A stretch of DNA of 64,000 nucleotides from Chrysomallon squamiferum. Taxonomy: Eukaryota > Animalia > Mollusca. The stretch spans positions 25,606,001 to 25,670,000 of the forward strand of contig CM022671.1 of the NCBI GenBank assembly GCA_012295275.1, read 5' to 3'. Below the pieces are notes generated by a model. That model was not told where the DNA came from. It saw only the letters and a program-made list of their open reading frames with translations, and searched no databases. Below, piece after piece: positions 54,756 through 64,000 of the stretch. The position numbers and the translations under genes were made by a program. Within the stretch, counting starts at the first letter, position 1. Every line of letters starts with the position of its first letter.

Positions 54756-56239
54756 CATGCACAAACACATATATACATTACATATACACATATACGTATC
54801 TATTCTTTATTATATTTTCTCTGTTTATCTAAATAACAGAAAGGATGTTTAGAATGTAAATAGGAAATAGGAAATTCGACAGATGTGTCTGACTTCTGAA
54901 GGACTTCATATGTCATGGTGGTAAATTGTTACACGTTTTTATCGGCATGAAATTGCTTTTCCCCTTTTAATAGAAATATCTAGCATTTGGGTTCCGGTTT
55001 TATATGTCATAAATACGATACATAAGATTTATAACAGAAAACAGGCTCCATCATCACTCTGTAGTTTTTTGGTTTAAATATCTGCCTGAAGGACCATAGT
55101 AAAGGGGTCGTATTTTGACGACTGTCTGCTATGCAGAATTATCATCAGTAACAAGTGATATTTAGTAATAAATGAAATTTTTTACGTAGAAGTAAATTAA
55201 ATTATCTTAGCCTGTTATTTATGACTCTCTTTTTTTATTTTTTTTTTTATTACCATAAATAAAATAGTAAGTATCAGTATTTTTTAAAGATAGAAGAAAA
55301 AGAATGAATGAAAAGAAAAACGGAAAGAATATTAATTACAGTAAAACCGGGAGAGTGATAATGACTTTTCATCTCATAGTTCTACTTCCACCACAGCTGT
55401 GCATTAGAATGGAATTCAACCATATTACTCTGATTTATTTATTTATTTACATTGCTGACTTGGCTATTTCGTTCTACGTTACCTTGGACTTTACAAATGT
55501 CTGATATTTAGAGTTCAGCATTAGGAGTTATGATGATAATACTAATAAAACAAAATAAATCAATCTCTTTTCTCCGGAGATTAGCAGTCAGTCGAGAACT
55601 GTGGTGAGTAGAGCATACAGAATTCGATATACACCAGATGATGTTTAGTTTGCTTTTTAACACTTTAGCCTTCGTTTTTCTATATTTGCGTATTTTCGTA
55701 AATATTAATTTAGTACTATGTATGCTACAAATAAAAGTTCGACGTGGACTAAATCAACAATGAACATACTACATAGTAAGGAAATAAGAAAATATTGATA
55801 TTCCTATTTTACTTAACTGTTTTTAATTCACTTCATGCACTTGTATGTTACGATTAGGTAATATCTATCTGTCTAGCTATTTGTTGATATATATATGTAT
55901 GTATCTATGGATGTATGTTTAAAGTATGTATGTATGTATTTAACTGTATGTCTGTCTATCTGTCTATCTGTTTGTCTGTCTGTCTATCTATTTCTCCATC
56001 TCTCTATTTACCTGCCTGACTCCCTACATATCCATCAGTCCATCCACTCATCACTTATCTATTTAGTGTCTCTGCTTTATCTATCTGTCTGTCTGACTGC
56101 GTGTGGATCTACCCTTCTCTTCAAACTCTGTGACTACGTGTTACTTCTTACCGCCATCCGAACAGCAATGTTTGATTATTTCTTTACGTCTAGTCAATTA
56201 TTATTTGATATACATTCTTACAATAATAGATTGACATTG

Positions 56240-56432
56240 TCGTGTTTTTTATTTTTTTTCTTTTTCTTTTTTTTATTTGTTTTGTTTTGTTTTATTCTTC
56301 TTCTTCTTCTTCTTCTTTTTTTCTTCTTCTTCTTCTTACTGTTCTTCTTCTTCTTATTATTATTATTATTACTTCTTCTTCTTCTTCTTCTTATTACTAT
56401 TATTCTTATTCTTCTTCTTATTATTATTATAT
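56240..56432 (+). repeat. (TTC)n/(TTA)n compound microsatellite
   Basis: Visible directly; explains the spurious poly-F/L/S ORFs. Confidence 0.9.
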
Positions 56433-57056
56433 AAATACCCCAAAACACCAGCAAGATAAGCACATATTTCATTCCATTAAAAACTGACTCGGATGATATG
56501 CAAAAGTGCTGTTTGCTATTATATGGATTCAAGTCAACCACCCCTCTCTCGGTCCGTGCGGTCTTGTAATGTTACCAATATGAGCAGAAGTACAGCATTA
56601 ACGAATACATAAAGTGTGGTTTTCAGTTAATTTAATTCTACAAGTGTTTCGCTAGTCTGTAATATTACCTTTTCTCAGACCACATACTAGTGAAGGTAGT
56701 TCATTCCCACCTGCTTTTGTATATACACGAGTTTTCCTAATTATCTGGAAGTGTTGATATCGTGTCAGTAAAACATTTATTCTGTATCACTGTAGATAGT
56801 ATTATAAATTAATATATGCATACATGCACACAAATATATATATATATACATATATACATACATACATACATAATACATACATACATACATACACACATAC
56901 TGCATAATATATGACAATATCCACATCCATATCTTTATATATATTTTTTTTATTTATTTAATTAGAACATCATCTTTGACGAAGCAAACCTTTCAGTGCG
57001 ATGTGGTTTCCCTTGAAAGAAGATATTTACGTGAGATTTATACGTAAATTAATTTT

Positions 57057-57087
<31 letters not shown>

Positions 57088-58790
57088 GTATGTGTTGTGT
57101 GTTTATATTTAAATATGTGCGCGCATGTCATCAGATATAATAGTGTTGGCGAGAGCTGAAAGTGTATGTGTATTACTTATAATTTTTATTAATTTTAAGT
57201 TTTGTGTTCTTTTTCTTCCATACAACGTCGTTTCTCATGACTGTATTTAACTGTTATATGTCATAGCGTAACAACTTTTTTTTTAATATGCAAATCTACG
57301 CAAAGTATCTTCTACAAAACACCGAATCCTACATTATATACCTTATTTACTATTAGAAAATTAATTTCATGAGAGGCACAAAACTCCGAAGTCTGTGTTA
57401 TCTACCGAATATATTATGAGAATACTGATCAGAGTGGTACAGGAAGGTGACCATTACATCTCCATATTAGAACCTGTTTTGGAATCCGATGTCCTCACTA
57501 CCCAGGAGAACAGAATCACCAAAACGTCATCATACAGGACAATACGTCATCCTGAGTGATGTGGAGATACTCGCGTGGAGTGCAAACAATAAATAAATAA
57601 ATAAAACAGACAAGTGTGAAATAAAAGCATTGATTTGTGTGCTACATCTGTCACATATAATTTAGCTTGATAAAGCTTGTCTAGCTAATCGTCCATCGAT
57701 TGACTGATTCGTTCATTCATTCATTCATTCAAACAGATGGTTGTAATTCTGTCCATAATCTAGGTATGGCGAACCATGCGTGAAATTTGTAATGTCTGCG
57801 CTTGTGACGAACTAAATCTATGGAATAAATGTATTGAGAAAGTAAAAATAATATAATTTATATCTTCATATTTTGTTTTACGTTTCATATAGAAGAGAGG
57901 AAAAAATGAGCTAAAGATTTTAAAACTGTTTCAGTCTGATATAAATTATGAATTTATAAATTGTTTATTTATAAAGACAACCACACAGTCAGACAGACAG
58001 ACACACGCGCACGCACATTCACAAACAGGCATGTAAAACGAATTGCTTTACCTTATGTGATAGAAGATAATATTTCAGTTTATCTTTGACTAAAGTCATT
58101 AATGAGTGAAATAAAAAAAAAATCACAAAGTCGTTTATATGAATGGGCAAATAAGGAAACGTGAATCGAATGATGAAATATCGTTGTGTAGACTGTACTG
58201 TTGCTACAACCCTGTCGGTCAATAATCGTACTATGCGCGTATATTTTCACTAATTTTCACCCCTAATACTGCAGCTAGACTACTGTGCATAGAAACACGC
58301 ATGTTTAATGTTATAAAATATGTAATTCATGTCGAATGAGTTAGCGTTTGTATTGTTCATGTTATTTATAAATATATATTTATATATATTTAAAAAATAT
58401 ATGTATGCATATATATATATTTATTTATTTATTTATTTATTTATTATTATTATTATGATTATTATTATTATTATATTCTTTTATTTTATTTTATTTTATT
58501 TTATTTATTTTTTAATTCCGGGAATGAATTAGCAAAGTTCTGAGTAAGGCTAATATGTGAATTCACTTCTTTACTCGAACTCGTCGTATTTTACGTAAAC
58601 AAAGGGTAACCCAGTTTATGTCATAAATATTGCACAACATTCAGGTTAATGATAATCATTGTTTAACCTAAATACAGCAAAAGTTTGAATCGTAGGTTCT
58701 GTCAATGTCTGTATTAAGACTCTCCGTGTTATAAAGTTGTACCTAAAGCTTTGTGATTTCTGTTCAAGTCTTCAAGGGCTCTTATCTACG

Positions 58791-58794
<4 letters not shown>

Positions 58795-58845
<51 letters not shown>
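58795..58845 (+). repeat. (CA)n microsatellite
   Basis: Perfect run. Confidence 0.95.
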
Positions 58846-58847
<2 letters not shown>

Positions 58848-60120
58848 AGTCAAAAACTTATAGTAATTAATTTTTGCCAGTTTATTGTAAACGATTTTAC
58901 GGAATAATTATATTGTTTTATCGTCACGACAAAGGGCAAATTGCCAACCAAAACAACAATGGTGTATATCAAAGTGACATGCAATAGAGCATCCGGGTTT
59001 ACTATGTCATGATACTTTGTGAAGGAAAAAAAAATGTTTAAGCAAAAACAATATGTACGCAGGGAATACAGAGTCTGTTGGCCTGGATAAAACTTGATTT
59101 GAAAAAATTACTTTTCCGGACTTTGTTGATGATCGTCATTATGTTACTTTTTTTAACAAGATGCGCTCGTTCACTCCAGTTGTTTGTTGTTGTTTTTGTT
59201 TTTTTCGAAAATTCATCTTTTACCCTCTCTTTTTATAGTTACTTCATTTTAAAATTTATGTTTATATTTAAATAATTTCATATCGTTTCCGAAGTTTGAT
59301 CCACAACCTTGATGGCATCTCCACGTTTTCTCAAATCCTCGATCTGCTCATTCGTACTTTCATATATTATTAATTAATTCATAACAACAGCGGAATAAGT
59401 AATAGTAACTTTAGCAGTCGTAGTACATTTTTACCAGAAACGTTTTTGTAAGCTGTATTCGAAGCTGAATGAGCATTTTGCATATATAAATTTAAAAAAA
59501 AAAACAAAAAAAAAAACATTGAATCGCTTACACAGGCAAGGTCAAATTAGTCTTTTAATAAAGTTTTTCAGAAAATAAAAAGAATAATAGAACAGGAAGG
59601 AAAAAAAAAGAAGGAAAATCTTTTCTTTTTTCGGAAAGTATATCGTGTTATCTAACCATTTCCAATTCAAAATGAAATGAATGAAATACACCGTGTGAGA
59701 CTTCCATTTAAATTTGAACGTCATATCGCGTTTCATTGAGCAAATAACAGCCACAGCAACTCGGTGCGTGTAAATTATGGCACGGTATCAAGTCATGGTA
59801 TAAAATGTATTTTCCGGACGTGTTCAAACGTGTTGCATGACGCTTTGAATAGAAACGGGACAATTTTATACACTGCAGATATAATTAAAGTGACTGGGTC
59901 TACGTGGGTAAATACACCCGACTGACCCGTCTTGCCCTCGTGGAAATTCATTGCAGATACAATGATTTACTGAGAAACAACGGTACAAGTTATACGTCTA
60001 CAATTCACTCCCTTTCTTTAATTAATAATATATATATATTTATATAAGTTCACACACACACACATATATATATATACATACATACATACTACTATACATG
60101 TCAAAAATATATTCAGATAT

Positions 60121-60530
60121 AGATAATAGTAATAATAGTAACAGTAGGACTAGTAGTAGTAGTAGCAGCAGCAGCAGCAGTAATAGTGGTACTAGTAGTA
60201 GTTAGAATAGTAATAGTAGTAGGGGTAGTAGTAGTAGTAGTAGTAGTAGTAGTAACATTAATTGTAACAGTAGCATTACTAGTACAGATATTAGTAGTTG
60301 TAGTAATAATAGTAGTAGTAGTGATGGTGGTAATAATAGTAGCAGCAGCAGAAGTAATAGTACTAATAGTAGTTAGGATAATAATAGTAGAAGTAGTATT
60401 AATGGTAGTAGTAGTATTAATAAGATATTAGTAGTTGTAGTAGCAATAGTTGTAGAAGTAAGAGAAGTGAAGCAGTACAAGTAATAATAATTGTGGTAGT
60501 TATAATACTAATGATAATGGTCATAGTAGT
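60121..60530 (+). repeat. Degenerate (TAG/TAA/CAG)n trinucleotide repeat
   Basis: Visible directly; explains the spurious poly-V ORF. Confidence 0.9.
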
Positions 60531-61244
60531 GACAAAAAACAACAATTGACCGAGGGTCTCAGGCTGATAATTTCTCTTATTTCAAGACAGAAAACTGAAG
60601 AACATTCAGCTATAATTATGGTTTTGAAATATAAAAATAAATATTTAAGTACGATAAAATAAAAATTGTAGCCCTTTTATTTTTTTTTTTTTTTATTTTT
60701 TTTAGAATTATTTTTTGGGGTAATTATTATTTTTTTTTTTTTCTTCTTCTTCTTCTTATTATTATTATTTTGTAAAACCGGCCAACATATATAAAAAAAA
60801 AAAAAAAAAAAAGAAAGAAGAAAAACAATAAATAATAAAAAACTAGTTTCAAGAAATGAAACTAATAACTTAAAAAAAGGGGAAAAAAGAGAGAATATTC
60901 CTTGAAATACATAGTGTAGGCAAGAATTTATTGGTGTAATATTTCATTTCTTTTGACTATGAACTCAACTTTTTGAATTGTTTAAAAAAATAAAAAAATA
61001 AAAAAAATAATAATACATACCCCAGTACCACCCTACGATTTCTAATCTCTTTAATTTCAGAATATATTAGACCTAAATTTCTATACCATACGAACAGAAC
61101 GTTTTAAAAATAAATAAAAAGATAAAATATGATTTACAAGCCTGTTTAGTGCTTTTTCGAGAATTAACAGAAGTTTGAATTTAACACACACACACACACA
61201 AAACATAAATTTATTACAACGAATACGAAGAACAATATCGACAA

Positions 61245-61412
61245 CCCAACCCCAACACAACTACAACAACTTTTACCATTACAACTACTAATACTGCAAC
61301 TACTGCTACTGTTGGTACTACTAGTAGTAGTACTACTACCACTACTACAAATATTACTATCACCACTATTCATACTTCCAATTACTAATAAAAATAATAA
61401 AAACCACCACAA
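61245..61412 (+). repeat. Degenerate (CTA/CAA)n trinucleotide repeat
   Basis: Visible directly. Confidence 0.8.
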
Positions 61413-63511
61413 CAGCTATATAAAATAACATTCAAAAATAAATAAATAAATGAATGTTCGTATGGAAGAAAGACATGCTAATCCTATTATAAGTAATGGC
61501 CATGTTTTGATATATTACTCACACTGTCGATTGACACACTCTGTTACTTTTACTGTTTAACTTCAGTCATTTGGCGCCGAAAAATTCTCTTTGGTCGACT
61601 TGACCTCAATATATGTGAGATATAAGTACATACCTGCACGCTGACTTAAAATCTGCTTACATGGTAAATACTTGTGCATTGAACCATCCCCAGTTCGAGA
61701 GAATTCGAAATTTGTTAACAGTAAACACGTATACAAGTTATGAATTAAATTTGTGTATTTAGGAAACCCTCTCTCACACACACACACACACACAAACACA
61801 CATAATTTTTAAACATAAATAATGAGAAAATAGCTTTTATTACAATTATCAACCTTCGAATGTTTGATACAAATTGGGTTTGTTTTAAAAAAGAAGGGAA
61901 AAAAAGAGAGAAAAGATTTATATTTTTAAAGTAGTTTATTTTAAGTTTTAGTACGTGTATCTAATAACGAAATGTTTGTCCTACAGCCAAAACACCTGAA
62001 AGGTCAAGGATATAGATAAAAAACAGAGATAAAGGTACAACAAAGAGATTGATTATTAACTGCAAGATTTATAACTGTAACTGTTATAAAAAGACATGTC
62101 CTTGTATCAGTTCTGCTTGATAATTCTCAGGTGTAATTGTTTAAAACACGAATCTTTTATTGCTGTAGAATACAGACAAACATACATACGAAGAATAACG
62201 TGCTGCCTCTCGTGTATGTTACTACAAAAACGCGCGCACGCGAGTGCATACACACACACACACACATACCTTGTGTATATTAATGTGCATCCACGTATGG
62301 GTATGTGTTTATATATTTGTGTGCGTCTTTCTAAACCTCATAATATATTATGCTAAATAACTGAGAGTCAGATCATTTATTTGTTTGTTTGCATGCTTAT
62401 TTATTGTTGTTGTTGTTGTTCTTCTTCTTCTTATTATAATTTATTTATTTATTATTATTTTTTTTTTATTATTAATTTTTTATTTTTTTTGCATCTGTGT
62501 GCGGAATGTGTCATAATACACAGGAAAATCTGCTTGCATCATCAAACTATTATCAGCCAAAACTGGTCATTCGAAATAACAAGTCACAATAAGGAAGTAA
62601 ATACAACAATTTTTTTCCTTCCTCTACATATTTTGTAGACATTTATTAAAACATGTTCACTCATCACCTAACAGAGGTAAATGATCACAATCTTCTCTAA
62701 CTAATATATATATATATTGTCTGCTGAAAAAAAAAAAATCACTCGGATTACTGAAATAAATATATAGTGTCAAATGAAATAAAGTATATCCGTGTTTACT
62801 AGTATCTTCAGAAACAAAATACATCACGTATTTTTAAACAATGTATATAATGTCTGCTAAAATAAATTATACATCATGTCTGCTGAAGGAAAATAAGTTT
62901 CTGTTAAAAGTAAATTCGTGCGTCCTGCTTAACATCATCAGTACTTCTTCGTTCGGTTAACACGATAGGCCGTATTATCGTTAGTTCTGTAACGTACGGA
63001 GTTGACCGACCATCTATGGAAATTCAGCATGTTGTGTAACGTTATATCGACTATTTGGAGTTCACGCCATTATATAACCCCCGGACTGATGTAATTACCA
63101 ACCGATTTAATCAGCACAAGGATGTTGTCCGCGGTCTTGGATACAGTTCAGTAGATGTGCTTTATGTACTCATTAAAATTGGGCGCTATAACTACGTCGT
63201 CAGTCGTAGAAACATCATGTCAATTCGACAGGACTAGTTCCGGTGCGAATAATTCCCGAAACGGACCTGTGTTTAGGTGAAATATATTATTTCCATTAAT
63301 TATGAAACGAAACAGACCTTATATATTAAACATTAATTTCATATTTCAAATAAAATAAATTAAAAACGACTGATATAACTAATAACCCATGAACTGCTAT
63401 GATGGTGCTTTCTAGAACAAGTTTACGCAGACTGAACAAATAAAAGTTGTCTGCTGAGTGTAAGTTATTTGCAGAACAAGTAGAAGTTGTCAACAAAACA
63501 AGAATAAGGTA

Positions 63512-63546
<35 letters not shown>

Positions 63547-64000
63547 ATAATATTTATTTGCACAACAATGTCATGTGTGTTTTTGAGGACTGGTTTAATT
63601 TTTAAAATTTGTTTTAAAAAATTATTATTATTATTATTATTATTTTTTTTTTTTTTAGAGAAAGAAAAAAAAAAAAAAAAAAAAAAACATTTTATCTACA
63701 TTTTCTGTGGACTGGAATAAATCATTATAATAATCATAAATTTCATAATGAAAAAAACAAAATTCAACAACATCAACAAAATGTTCGAGCATTATTTATT
63801 ATTACATGTATTGTCACCATTGCATCATCGTCACCACCAGTATCTTCATCGTCATTGTTGTTCTGGTAGTAGCCTAGTAATTGTTGTTGTTACTATTATT
63901 AGTATAAGTTTCTTTTCATTTTATTAGTATAAGCTCTATTTCTTTATTTTTTCATTTTCATTGTGTAAATCACTGAAGTAATGACGGTAAATCTTTATTA

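Noticed and set aside
55895-56541. Several 60-179 aa ORFs rich in F/L/S/Y or K/R
   Set aside because: They are translations of TTC/TTA/TCTA microsatellites.
59280-59365. Minus-strand protein-like stretch YESTNEQIEDLRKRGDAIKVVDQTSETI
   Set aside because: No acceptor or start in frame and no recognisable family; too short to support.
60186-61412. Poly-Val and poly-Ser ORFs; complementary TAG and CTA tracts as a possible fold-back
   Set aside because: Simple trinucleotide repeats; complementarity is trivial for low-complexity DNA.
61086-61465. 11-bp inverted repeat CCATACGAACA / TGTTCGTATGG as MITE ends
   Set aside because: No target-site duplication, and a match this short can occur by chance in 64 kb.

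Overview
AT-rich, intron-containing animal genomic DNA; an invertebrate, and the repeat and intron style suggests a mollusc (inference). I rebuilt six spliced genes by hand from GT-AG sites and frame continuity. (1) SMG6/EST1A NMD endonuclease, + strand, 18 exons at 496-13718, 5' end outside the window, probably with a ~7 kb 3'UTR. (2) A 4-exon secreted DsbA/thioredoxin-fold protein with a CxxS centre (22181-23826). (3-6) A cluster of four paralogous BTB/POZ + 9x C2H2 zinc-finger (ZBTB-like) genes, A(-), B(+), C(-), D(-), with six identically placed introns and divergent finger helices. The upstream regions of A/B, C and D share a GTCTCCCTT motif, and B, C and D share C-terminal motifs. Paralog C carries a 1-nt frameshift between its BTB domain and its fingers. 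From ~53.4 kb the window is CpG-richer and microsatellite-rich, with no confident gene. No rRNA, tRNA, CRISPR array or intact transposon was seen.
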